Below are positions 1 through 23,758 of a stretch of DNA of 64,000 nucleotides, piece after piece; the stretch's first letter is position 1, and the number at the start of each line of letters is the position of its first letter. Location of the stretch: NCBI GenBank assembly GCA_012295275.1, contig CM022669.1, forward strand, positions 10,850,001 through 10,914,000. The letters run 5' to 3'. The position numbers and the translations under genes are program-made. The notes beneath the pieces are model-generated. The model saw only the letters and a list, made by a program, of their open reading frames with translations. It did not search any database and had not been told where the DNA came from. The DNA is from Chrysomallon squamiferum. Taxonomy: Eukaryota > Animalia > Mollusca.

Positions 1-29
1 GGGAGAATCACTTTTCATAATCTACATAA

Positions 30-461
30 TTATGTTTGACTTATTATAAATATTTCATATTTATCATCATTATTATTATCTTAATATTGTTACTATTACC
101 TTTGCTACTTCTATTATTACTTCAACTATTACAACTACTGCTACTTCTATTACTGCTGTACCTACTTTACTATTGTTGCTACATCTACTACCACTACTAT
201 TCTACTGTAGCTGCTACTGTCCCTTATGTTGTTGTTATTATAATTAGTATCTGTTAAAGAATGATGAAACCTTTATATTGTGTTTGAGTAAGTGTGGTAA
301 TCATAATGGTAGTAGTGGTAGTAGTAGTAGCAGTATGTCATTATTGTTGTTATCATTATCATTATCATTATTTTTTTTCTTCTTCTTCTTCTTATTATTA
401 TTGTTATTCTTCTTCTTCTTCATATTATTATTATTATTATTACTGCTATTACTGTTATTAC

Positions 462-511
<50 letters not shown>

Positions 512-600
512 CTACTGCTCCTACCACTATTATCATTATTATTAGTAGTAGTAGTAGCAGTATTTGTATTGGTATTAGTATTAATGTTACTGTTATAATT
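30..600. repeat. (TAT/TAC/TAG/TCT)n trinucleotide low-complexity tract
   Basis: Directly visible; source of spurious poly-L/Y ORFs. Confidence 0.9.
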
Positions 601-645
601 ATGTATCTCTGTTACTAGTATATCTAAGTGTTATGACTGTTGTAG

Positions 646-981
646 TTTTGAGGACATATCATGTCTGGGGGAGACACACAGTCTGTCTGAGGTCTCCCTG
701 GATGGGAACCCAATCAGCCAGGAGCAGTACTACAAACAGGTGATACTTCGACACATGCAGCAGCTCAAACAGCTCGACATGAAGCGAGTCACAGTGAGTG
801 TCTACGTAATCGTTTAATACTCTTTAGTGGTAGTAGTAGTAATACTCTTTAGTAGTAGTAGTAATACTCTTTAGTAGTAGTAGTAATAATACTCTTTTAG
901 TAGTAGTAGTAGTAGTAGTAGTAATACTCTTTAGTAGTAGTAGTAATAGTAATACTCTTTAGTAGTAGTAGTAATACTCTT

Positions 982-1034
<53 letters not shown>

Positions 1035-1238
1035 ATACTCTTTAGTAGTAGTAGTAGTAATATTCTTTAGTAGTAGTAGTAGTAATACTCTTTAGTGGTA
1101 GTAGTAGTAATATTCTTTAGTAGTAGTAGTAGTAGTAGTAGTAGTAATACTCTTTAGTAGTAGTAGTAGTAGTAATAATAATAATAATAATAATAATAAT
1201 ATTAGTAATGACATCAATAATACTAACAACAACAGTAA

Positions 1239-1300
<62 letters not shown>

Positions 1301-2846
1301 TATAATAATAGAAATAGATATAGAAGTAATAAAAATTAAATGGAGTATTTTAATCTAAGTTTTCCATAGGTGATTTTGGCATGTGTCCATGCTCTTTTGA
1401 TTTAACATTCAATGCATTAGATCAAGTATTTAATAAGTTTATATATAGGCAGTGATATTGACTTATGTTGTTCATTAAAGCATACATACAGAAGGAAGCT
1501 CTATTTATTTATATGTCAGCTCTGTAAATGGTCTATGATTGATTGTTTAAACATAACTTCTATAATATCTTAAAGCAGTTACTTTCACTGAAAGTCTCAG
1601 TTTGAAGAAAACAAGTGCTATAAAATTCAGTCACAAATGTATTATTTTAAAATTATTACTTGGTGGATTTTTAATAATAATAATAATAATAAATACCCTA
1701 GTTTCATTCCTTAACTACAACCGAAATCAGTTTTCAAATGGACTACAAATGCCATCATAATAATATACGGATGTATATTACGGAAAAGATAAAAAAGGAT
1801 TTAAACAAATGGATGGAACGGTTAATTATTTAGCCAAAAACAAAGGTGATAAAATTGCGAGTGTTTCAATTATTTGTGTCCAGGAAGAAGAGAGGAGGGT
1901 TGCATTGGTCATGGGCAGGAAGAGTGAGGAGAGAAAGAGAGAGCTCAACAAGCAGGCCATCATGAAAGTAGGTTCATCAGTTTTCACTTCAGACATTTCT
2001 AAAATAAACTTACATGATATTCAATGTGCTCTTCAGTGAACCAAGCTCTTGGTTTATAAATCTTAACCTGTGTTTTCCAAAACTGATTTATAAGATGTTA
2101 AAATTTTTGATACTGTCATGTGAATGAAGATTTAATTTAAAAAAGTCAAAACTTTCTAGCATTAGTGTTTGTTGTGAAATATATTTTTTTCGTATGCTTT
2201 TATTTCATTTTATTTTATATTCATTATTATTTATTTATTTATTTATTTATTTATCTATGTATGTATTTTTTGTCAGGAGAAAAGAAGAATTGCTATTAAC
2301 AATGCTAAGCGACAGTGGGAGACAATGCAGGGTCCACTACTTCAGAAAACAAGCAAGCTGGTTCCCATGACGACTATCCATGGCGACCTGTATGCCAAAC
2401 ACATGGGAACGATTCCTAACACAGATTACCTGACACCTGGGAACCAGTTCAGAGACTGTGATGGAGATGATTCAGATTCACAGATCAGGTATTTTAAACC
2501 TTCCTTTAAAACCAGAATATAACTTTGATGGTAATAAAGACGTAATCCAAATCCATTCTGCACATAATGATTTATCATTCTTAAAAAATATCATGTAAAC
2601 AACACAATACATCTGAATGCTGCCATTTTACTCCTTAACAACTGGAGTTGTGACCAATGTCTTCATTTGGCACAGTAATAGCTATGTTTTCTATCAGTGC
2701 TAGAAGAAACCAAACTGTACAATAGTGTTTTAGTAACTGGAGCATGTAAAGTAGAATGTTGTACCACTATTTTATAATAATTTTTAGGACATAGAAGTGA
2801 AAACTCATGAAAGCTTAAAACAGTAAGGTATAAAGTCTTCTGTGCA

Positions 2847-2899
<53 letters not shown>

Positions 2900-4520
2900 T
2901 GGTTTATGTAATTCATGACAATCAACAAGTATCCTTCCTTTACTTTCTAATTCATTTAAGATAATGATCCTGTACATTCAAAGTATTTATTACTTGCTGT
3001 ATTGCTGTATGTGTGTGTTTCACTTTCTAATTCATTGTACATTCAAAGTACTTACTACTTGATGTGTAACTGTACCTCTGTGTTTCTCTTTCTAATTCAT
3101 TGAACATTCAAAGTATTTACTACTTATATACCTGTGTGTTTCACTTTCTAATTCATTGAACATTCAAAGTACTTACTACTTGCTGTATTGCTGTACCTGT
3201 GTGTTTCACTTTCTAATTTATTTAACATTCAAAGTACTTACTACTTGATGTATTGCTGTACCTGTGTGTATTACTTTCTAATTCATTGAACATTCAAAGT
3301 ACTTACTACTTGCTGTATTGCTGTACCTGTGTGTTTCACTTTCTAATTTATTTAACATTCAAAGTACTTACTACTTGATGTATTGCTGTACCTGTGTGTA
3401 TTACTTTCTAATTCATTGAACATTCAAAGTACTTACTACTTGCTGTATTGCTGTACCTGTGTGTTTCACTTTCTAATTTATTTAACATTCAAAGTACTTA
3501 CTACTTGCTGTATTGCTGTACCTGTGTGTTTCACTTTCTAATTCATTGAACATTCAAAGTACTTACTACTTGCTGTATTGCTGTACCTGTGTTTCAGTGA
3601 CAAGAGGGGAGGAAGCAGGCCCTGCTCTGCTAAGAGTAACACTAACACTGAGTGTTCTGTCGACAGTCAGCGGGACAGAGCTAGGAACAGCAGCAGACGA
3701 GCAGAGCCAGGACGCACTCAACACAAAGAAACTTTGCTGTTCGGGTAAACTTGTATCTTGTGTTTAATTCTGTAACAGTTATCTTAATGATTCGGGTAAA
3801 CTTGTATCTTGTGTTTAATTCTGTAACAGTTATCTTAATGATTCGGGTAAACTTGTATCTTGTGTTTAATTCTGTAACACTTATCTTAATGATTTGGGTA
3901 AACTTGTATCTTGTGTTTAATTCTGTAACACTTATCTTAATGATTCGGGTAAACTTGTATCTTGTGTTTAATTCTGTAACACTTATCTTAATGATTCGGG
4001 TAAACTTGTATCTTGTGTTTAATTCTGTAACACTTATCTTAATGATTCGGGTAAACTTGTATCTTGTGTTTAATTCTGTAACACTTATCTTAATGATTTG
4101 GGTAAACTTGTATCTTGTGTTTAATTCTGTAACACTTATCTTAATGATTTGGGTAAACTTGTATCTTGTGTTTAATTCTGTAACACTTATCTTAATGATT
4201 TGGGTAAACTTGTATCTTGTGTTTAATTCTGTAACACTTATCTTAATGTTTCGGGTAAACTTGTATCTTGTGTTTAATTCTGTAACACTTATCATAATCA
4301 TGGGTTTTATTTAACTTTAAAAATTTAAAAAATCCGTGTATGTGTATTGGGATATATATATATATATACACCTCAATACAACACACACAAAAATTATATA
4401 TACATTGTATATGTATGTGCATATGTTTGTATGTTTGTATATATATGAATATGTATGTTAATAAGTATCTATGTTTTTATATTAATATTTAATGTGATGT
4501 ATGTATATATGTATGTATAT

Positions 4521-4573
<53 letters not shown>

Positions 4574-7376
4574 GTGTGTGTCTGTTTATATGCATGTAAT
4601 GTAGATATGTATATGTATATGTCCAGTACAGACAACAAAAAGACACATTACACTCTTACATCCAAATGCAAGCTTATTCTTATTAATGGTTACTGAGATA
4701 TTTCTTCTTTTCCATGCTGTAAATATCAGACTGTATCTTCTACAGGAATTTACCAAGACATATTTTACAGTGCTTAGGACAGAATTAAAAATAATCCATC
4801 AAACAAACACAAATTTATTATTAACAGTAATATTTTTGGTTTAATATAAAATATTATAACTGATTTAACACAAGTGTTGTAAGACTGATTTAACACAAGT
4901 GTTGTAAGACTGACTTGATGTTGCTGGATGTTTTCAGACACTCAGATAACCACGCTGGGGGGGAGCTGAGCAACCTGGCCGACCTGGATGGGGACACACT
5001 CAGTCTGTACGGGCCTCAGTCTGTGGATGCTCTCGACAAGAACTGGGGCATCCAGGCAGCGGGAGCCATCACAACCATCAACTTCAAATTTATAGACTTC
5101 GACAGCATCGTCAAACAGCTGAGCAAACTACGCACACGATTTCCTAGTGTCCAGGTAGACTGCTGTTTTATTTCTTAAATTATATGATTTAAATAGCTAC
5201 ACTGACAGTACTGAATAATGTAAACACATTACTATCTGGTATTTACAGATAAGCAGTTTTCATTTCAATTTATAGACTTTGATAGCATTGCCCATACCGT
5301 GGATATCTCAAATTACTTACATATATTCTGTATTGATTTAGCTATGATTTAGTGTATTAGGATCAGAGACAACTCAGATATTCAGTATTTTTTTTAAATA
5401 TCTGAAAGAGCTGTTTTCTTTTATTCTGATTAGCTCACCTTACTGGTATTTAGAATTGTTTTGGGGGTTTTTTGGAATAAGGGAATGATACAAGATGTTA
5501 AGATTGGCATTAGTGAGTTCAGACTAAGAAAGCTTAGTCATGATAAATTATGATGCAAAATCCTCACTGGCCTGGTATAACAACAAACTTGGCATAAATT
5601 CTAATTATATTTGTCTGATTATGCATATGCATTTCTTCTAATGCAATTATCACTGAAGAATGTTACCGCATACTAAAATAGAATAAATAATGAACAAGCT
5701 ACCAATGCTGGAAAACAAATTGTTATTAACAGTTATTGTTAACAGTACAGAACATTAGCAAAATTGATTTCCTTTTATTTATTTCTGAAGGATTTAGAAA
5801 ACATTACTTTTATTCATTTTCATAAACCTTCTAAGCATTATAGCACCAACTTATTTTTTTCCAATGTTTTGTAAAAATAAATTATTACTGCTAACTTATA
5901 ATTTTATGGAGATGATTGTTTAATTAGAAGAGTATATCAGACTATATATAAAAAAATAAATAAATAAATAAATAAATAAAAAGAATTTAATTAAATTAAA
6001 AACATATTTTTCTCTGTTTCAGACGCTGATATTCAGCTCAACAAACATCTGGTGCCTACAGCAGATAAATGCACTGGCCAGCGTGCGGAGACTTGATAAT
6101 CTCACAATAGACTTGGATGGAAACCCAGTGACGAAGTTTACTCTGTGGCGAATGTACACAATCTTCAGACTAGCTCATTTTGCTCTCAAGAAAATTAACG
6201 GTATTGAGGTAAATAATAGGATTTTGATTTTCATCACCGAACTTTGTTATTTTTTTCTTAATTTTTGTTTTTGTTTTAATAGTTTAGTTTCAGAAAACAT
6301 TTTTCAGAAAATAAATGTACCTATAAAATATGTATATGTGAAATAAATCATGAATGTTTGTGGGTTTTTTGCCTTTAAAAGATATCTCATATGACTGGAG
6401 TCCAGGATTAGTCAGGTTTTGATGAAAATATAAAACTTATTTACAAAGAACTAAATTTAAGTATGTTAAAATTTGAAATTTTATAATTTAACTGGTGTAC
6501 ATTTAGAAGAGGAGAGTTTAAACATCATCTGAAATATGAATTGTTTTAATAAGTTTTATCCTGCTTTCACATTAGTCCTATTTTTTTTTATCTTCAAATT
6601 ACTTTTCTATATCCAAAATTATAAGCATTTAGATAGCTAAAAGACAAGTAATATATATTTTTATTTTTCTGCTGTAAAAAGGTTTCACCCACAGACATAG
6701 TGAACGCAGAAAAACTGTTTGGACCTCTGTCTTTCATCATCGGCTTCAAATTGCCTCAAACACAAGTCAAACCTAGTCTTGAAGCAAGGTCAGAACAAAT
6801 GGTTACACAGTACTGTTATATTATTTCTCTATCTCTTTCTCTCTCTCTCTTTCTGTCCCTTCTTCCACTCTCTCTCACTCAATGTTTCTGTCCCTTTTCA
6901 CACACACACACAAAATTTACATCACAGACACTGACAACAGAGTTTATATAACCAATTTTCCTGATTATTTTAGGATTCCTTTTTTTCTTAAATTTTTTAA
7001 TTATTTTATTTTTTTTATGATAAAATTTTAAGATATGATACTGAATTATTTAACAGTTTGTAAATTGTGTTACATTTCAGAAAGAAAGCTCTTTCAGATG
7101 AAAAACCACGGAAGGCTGCTGAAACGAGACAAGGGGAGAGAATTCAGATAGAACTGGAGGGAAGAGCTCGACTAACTTACCAACCATTAAATGGAGATCA
7201 AACATCGAAATCTCAGGTCAGTAACACTGAGTAAACAAAATAACTAAATATATACTATGAAAATCATAAACTTCTGATAGCATTATGTAACTAATTACAT
7301 TTAATTTTAGTTCAGAATTATGTTCATCAAAGACATTCACTCTTATGCATTTAACAGTAATATATTTCAGGTTAGA

Positions 7377-7425
<49 letters not shown>

Positions 7426-7984
7426 CTGATTGTGTGTGTGTGAGTGTGTTGAAAATAATAATTTACTAATGAAAAATCAGAAATATTCTCTTGCAGTGAT
7501 AAAATTGAGTATGCTTAATTTTTATTGTTGAACTACATTTATCAAATACTTGGTGCTTGTAAGATCATTTTAAAAGAATTAGCCTTTGTGAGTGAAATAC
7601 TAAAGCTCCATTTTCATGATTTTAAAGCACAGTGATCTTGTTGTTATCTCAGAAGTAAAGTATTAAAAAATATTTATTTGGGTTTTTTCTTTCCAGGATC
7701 ATTAATGCACCATGTTGTTTGTTATTTTTTTCATAATATTAAAAGATATTTATTTCAATTTTATTTTATTTATTTTTGTTCAGGATCATGAATCAAAAAA
7801 GGAATTTCCTCGTAGTTATGTGAACGAGCTGACAAGAGAAACTGTGTTTGCTGACCGGAAAAGGGCTGAACTACAAAAAATCTGGCCACAGTTGTTTTTT
7901 GAAATGGTCCAGTCAGCACTGACTGACATGGCTGATATGAACTCTTACAAGAAAAGGTGTTTGGAGGATATTGAAAAGACATAA
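646..7984 (+). CDS. LRRC49: Leucine-rich repeat-containing protein 49 (centriolar satellite / tubulin polyglutamylase complex subunit), 3' part, spliced
   Basis: Exons with AG/GT borders and consistent phases: 646-793, 1884-1967, 2277-2488, 3598-3744, 4938-5154, 6023-6208, 6682-6788, 7081-7216, 7784-7984 (TAA). Translation FEDISCLGETHSLSEVSLDGNPISQEQYYKQVILRHMQQLKQLDMKRVT|EEERRVALVMGRKSEERKRELNKQAIMK|EKRRIAINNAKRQW...GNPVTKFTLWRMYTIFRL matches my recall of LRRC49 (LRR cap DGNPI...LxQLDMKR, EEERR...NN.RQW). The 5' exons lie outside the window. Confidence 0.9.
814..1310. repeat. Compound minisatellite: AATACTCTT + (TAG)n, about 12 units, followed by (AAT)n
   Basis: Directly visible; begins about 20 nt after the donor at 794. 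Confidence 0.9.
2941..3597. repeat. 65-bp tandem repeat (about 10 copies, partial 130-bp higher-order structure) ending at the LRRC49 acceptor
   Basis: Unit CACTTTCTAATTCATTGAACATTCAAAGTACTTACTACTTGCTGTATTGCTGTACCTGTGTGTTT starting at 3142, 3207, 3272, 3337, 3402, 3467, 3532, with more diverged copies at 2941, 3021 and about 3086. Confidence 0.95.
3739..4305. repeat. 51-bp tandem repeat, 11 copies, starting at the LRRC49 donor
   Basis: Unit TTCGGGTAAACTTGTATCTTGTGTTTAATTCTGTAACACTTATCTTAATGA; gives the 17-aa periodicity seen in the ORF track. Confidence 0.97.
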
Positions 7985-8059
7985 ACCACGTGAAAATAAA
8001 TTTATAAAATTAAATTAATTTAAAAAACCTCCAAAACTTCACTGAAAAGTGCTGGAGAA

Positions 8060-8520
8060 AATACCAGTTCAAGATACAATCATTTATGATTTCTGAAATT
8101 TCCATTACATACACATCACACCAGAATTAAAGGTATTTGTGATTTTTGAACAGCAAGAAATTGCTGAAAACAGTGATCCTTATTGAAGTGGTAAATTAAA
8201 ACAATGCAAGATACAAATATGTGTGATTTCAGAAAGCTTCAATTTTTCATGATAAACGACACATCAGAATTAAAGGATTTTGTGATTTTGAACAGCTCAA
8301 AATGCACAGATTGTTTGATCGACAATGATTCTTGTTCAAGTGAGGAATTAAAACAGTGCAAGATAAAACCATTTGTGATCTCAGAAATTTCATTTTCATT
8401 ACATACTTAACAACAAAGATGCAATTAAAGAAATTTATGATTTCAAAGTTAAAAAATGGATAAGCCTATTTGACACCCCAATAAAAACAGTGCAAGATGC
8501 AATTTATTTATTTATTGTGA
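8060..8520. repeat. Degenerate 140-155-bp tandem repeat (3 to 4 copies) in the LRRC49 3' region
   Basis: Recurrent blocks AAAACAGTGCAAGATA...TGATTTC and CAGAATTAAAGG..TTTGTGATTTTGAACAGC. Confidence 0.75.
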
Positions 8521-11500
8521 ATTAACGTGATGAATTAAAATGATCATAATTTATTTATTGCTTTGTTACTTCAAATATTCTGTGATGCAGAAGCAGCACA
8601 GGATTTTGTTACGTTATTGAGAATATTGCAAATAAAAGTGATCAAATCACATGACCATAATTTTATCTCATGTTTAGAGAATTCTTATCTATTGATGTAA
8701 TGAGGGATGTCTTTTTGTTGATCTGCTTCAATTACTGAGAACTGTTGTCTGCTGACATCTAATCAAACAAATTTGTTGTAATACAATTAATTTGGAAAGT
8801 TTAAAGAATTCTGTATGCAAAGTTTAGAATGCAGATGGTGATAAAAATAAAAAATAAAAAAACATAGTAATTTAAAATATTATTTATAATAATAATAACT
8901 AAATAAAAAATAAAAAAACATTTAAACTAACTGTTCACAATATGGTGTCCAGCGGAATATTTTCCAAGTAATTCATCATATGTTAAATATACATCTTTAC
9001 AAATCTAGTCAACTGCGAATCAATGTTTTCCAGTAACAAGCAAAAAAAAACCTTAAATAAAGTAAAATCACAAAAAGAGGTTTTTAAGGACATTTTATTT
9101 TCAAAGAGTGGAAATAATTAATAAAATTATAGTACAGACAACATTAAATATCTACCAGGTACAACATTAACAGCTGAACAATAAACCATCAAGAAAAAAC
9201 ATTAATATTGGGCATGTTATATATCATAGAGGCACTAAATAACTGAATGCTTCATCATTTAGAAAAATAACACCATAGTGGTTGCCTTTTTCGAAAGTTT
9301 GTTAAAATGTGATATAAAGAGGTAAGAAAAATGTTCTAATTATTGTTGTTATATTTTAAATGTACTGAATTTGATATGGTTCTAGGTTTTAACTTTTTAC
9401 ACTTTTCTTCGTTAATGTAACATGAAAATTTGAATTTAAAATAAATTAATCAATTATTCAATTTAATTTAATTAAAGTGGATGATAATAAAACCTACAGG
9501 CTTAATAATAATTAAATAAAGCAACCATCTGTAACAATACAGAAGAGAAAAATAATTTTTGAGACCAGCTCTGAATTGACTCTTTGATTTTTTTAAAATA
9601 CCTCTGACATCTCTACAAACCCCCACTGTAAAGTAATCAGTTAATAATTTATTTTAAAAACAAGAATGACTAGACTGAATAGACAAGTTCTGTTATTTTA
9701 AAATCTCTATTTTGATGTTTTTTAATATTCAATTTTTTCTTAATAAAGTCAGAAAGTTACTGACTACAAGTTGTTTTAATATACAATTTACAATTTCCAT
9801 GTATTTGTGTCTTATTATGGTTATACATTATAAATTATTTTTATGATTACTCTCCTATTATAAATGTTATTGCACAGATTTTGTCATATTGCACAACAGT
9901 TTATTTCAGCATTTAAAAGCAGAATTTTGAAATTATATATATATATATAATTGCCTATCAACTATAAAAATAAACATTGTATGATAAATTAAAGAAAATA
10001 GTTTGTAACAGCTATTTAGTTTATAATAAAAATATGACATTAAAAAAAGGTACACGTCTACACTAAATTACATTTACTAAACAACATTTATTGACATGCA
10101 AGTGCAAGCTAACCTAAGTGAGATCTAAATTTTATTATTATTTTAACCAAGAACAAAATAACTGTTGCATTTTTAAATGAATTTACTCAAAATTTTCTAC
10201 ATATATCATAAGTTGCATTTAAATTTAATAATAAAATTAATTTTAAAGAGGAATAAAGTATTTTGTGGCATTTTTAATTGAATGTATTATTCTAAATATA
10301 TCAATACTTATTTAAATACATGTAACAAACAGACAGAAGAAATTTCTTTTATTTGATTCAAAGTTAATTAAAAACAGAAAAGAAAATGTTGACGTATCTA
10401 CTCTGCAACTTAAAATGTAACAATGGACATAGCACCTGTTAACTCATACAATACTTACAGTAATTAAACAAAACCATTCTAGATAATTAACAGTTAATTG
10501 TAAGTAAATCACCACCCATTTAACATTAATAATTTACTTAACACACTGATGTTTTAATCTTCATAGCTTTTATTAATGGCAGATTTAAGAGAATATTCCA
10601 ATATATTTATTAATCTTAAGAATTTCTGTGACAGTACCTTTCTGTGTTTTTAACTTTATAATGAATATTAAATGTCTAAAAAAAAAAAATAAATATAAAT
10701 AAATAAATAAAAATGAAAGAGCACTGGCAATGTACGTTTACAAATAAAATTCTGGCAATAGAAAATCTTCAACTGTAACTTTGAAATGCCTGAATCAAAA
10801 TTTACAGTTACATTTTGGCAAAGTACTTCAGCATCAAACAAATTTGTTGGAATATTATGTAATTATTCTCTTTGCAAAACATAATTTATTATGACTATAA
10901 ATTTTAACTGTTAACTTTTTCTTCTAGTAAATAATCATTCAGAATTTTGGAGATGTTCAAAACAAAACAAGAAAAAGTTTCTTTTCTTTCTGTTAAATGA
11001 TAATTAATTACCAAAATGTTAAAACAGTGTCTATACAGTTACAAGCCAAGAAAGCAGATTTATAAAACCAGCAAAAAGAGGTTTATGCAATGGAAGTTAG
11101 TTTACATATTCATGACATAATGTATTAAAAATGATACTGAATCAATCACTTGAGCAAAATGGTGAATAAAATTCATATTGAAAATGCCCACGAACTATCA
11201 ACGCAAAATGTTTTTTCATTAACGTTACATAATAAAAAGGAGAAAAAAGAAATATGAGTATATATTTCAGTAAATTTTCAAGATCATCTTGAGCAAAAAT
11301 ATCACTGCCCAATTCAAAAAATGGTTACCTGGTAATATTACATCATTACTTTTTAACATTTTAGACATTCAAAAAATAAATATAATAATAAATAAACAAA
11401 AAAATAAACAAATAAATAAAAATGGACAAGACAAAAAATACATTTAGAATAATCACTGATCATATTACATTTCAATGAAATCAAATAACCCTTACACCTA

Positions 11501-12738
11501 AAATTAGGAAAATTACCCCTAGGATATTATGAAACAACTATTTATAAAAACAATCCATGACACAGTATTATGTTAGTCGAAGTAAAAATTATTTACAAGA
11601 ATATGCTTTATCTTACTTCCAGAACTGGCCAAGTTCTTAGTCTTACAACTGCAACCAACCTGTGGGGTGTCTATAACATGATGAACATTTTTATTAATAC
11701 GCAGCGAGATTTTATCCTTTATTTTTCAAGTACAAACTGGCAATTTATCCGTCATTCTAAAAATCCATCCAGCAGGCATGATTACCCAAGAAGGCAAAAC
11801 CGAATGTCAGTAGTGCTTTTAAACTTAACACATACACTGCTCAGTTTGATAGATTCTAAATGCCATTTGAAATTTAAAGACAAGGCTCAAAATACAAATT
11901 AGTACAAAAAGGAAGACTTGTTGATCTATTTAACATTAACTAATTTATTGTGAAAATTCAAAAAGTTGGTAATGACCAGCTGATAATTATGTTTGTATCA
12001 ATACTGCACCAGGAGGTGAATTTCACACATGCAATGGGTAAAAATACTTGGACTTTGTTTATAAAAGATACTATGAAATGTATTTTGATATTAATTTCTT
12101 TTTAATTCTTTTTGCTGTATTTAATTATCTAACATAATTAATTATCTCATTCCAATGATGAGTAAGATATTCAAAACTAGTTTCTCTGTTCATATTATTT
12201 TTCCCAAAGTGTGCCAGATTATCATCCATATTTTCTTGAACTGCTAACAAAATACATTTAAAATTTAAATAAATGAATATCAGTAGTTCTCCCTTTCTGG
12301 TAGTAACTCAACATTTCAAATTTGTTTTTCTTTTCCTCTTTCAGTTCAATGACTTGTATTATTTTTTGATGCCAAATACTCAATTTCGAATTCTTTTTTT
12401 TTTTTTTTTTTACATCACTCTAAAACAAGTATCTGAAAATGAGGCACTTTTGTAAATAAAATAAGATAACAATTGAAACACTTGTTTACCCTGCTCCTTA
12501 AGATTTTAATAAAATGTTGATTATTCTTTTTAACTACCCAGTAAATAATTGGCCATCCTGATAAAACAAACACCCCATCACCCAACGACAGCTTACAAAG
12601 ATTTTTGTTTTCAGGTTACATTTTTTAATTATTATTTTTTTTTTACCAGAGCTGCCAAATAATAATATTTCAACAATCCAATAACTGCCACAAATGGAGA
12701 TAAAAATTAAGACAGCACAGCAAAGGAGAAGGGATTAA

Positions 12739-23334
<10,596 letters not shown>

Positions 23335-23391
23335 TTTTAGTGTGTTATGAGGAAATTGTTGCCTCTTAAAAGAACTTCCAATATTTCGTTA

Positions 23392-23403
23392 TGCGCATGC
23401 GTA
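23392..23403. promoter_or_regulatory. NRF1-like site in the REEP5 / TRIM-like divergent promoter region
   Basis: TGCGCATGCGTA, one mismatch to TGCGCATGCGCA, 58 bp upstream of the REEP5 ATG in a locally CpG-containing segment. Confidence 0.5.
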
Positions 23404-23727
23404 ATATTTCGTCGATTCACGTCGGAGCAAACATCGTTTAGATGGGAAAATAATTATACAGTACAGGCGTTACATATCCAGATAAGTTACGATTACTGAT
23501 AATATCATTCAGTATTTAGTTTTGTGTCGATATTGTTTATTTATTCGTTATTGCAGTATACAATAACAGCTTTGTAAGATATTTATATTATTTATAAACC
23601 GTATTTATTCATTTCAATAATTATATGAAATGAATTTTTTACACTTTACTCTTACATTTTGTTTAGTGTTTTAATCTCTTGTTAATCTTGTTATGATTGT
23701 GATTATAAACATAAAAAATCAGTTTTC

Positions 23728-23758
<31 letters not shown>

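Noticed and set aside
36-598. Poly-L/Y/V ORFs here and in many other places (13126-13639, 28269-28623, 39370-39822, 41937-42474, 48318-48831, 53298-53555)
   Set aside because: Trinucleotide and dinucleotide microsatellite translations inside introns or intergenic DNA.
3681-4314. 206-aa and 187-aa ORFs with 17-aa periodicity; also considered as a CRISPR-like array
   Set aside because: They are translations of a 51-bp intronic minisatellite. There are no unique spacers and no cas genes, and the context is eukaryotic.
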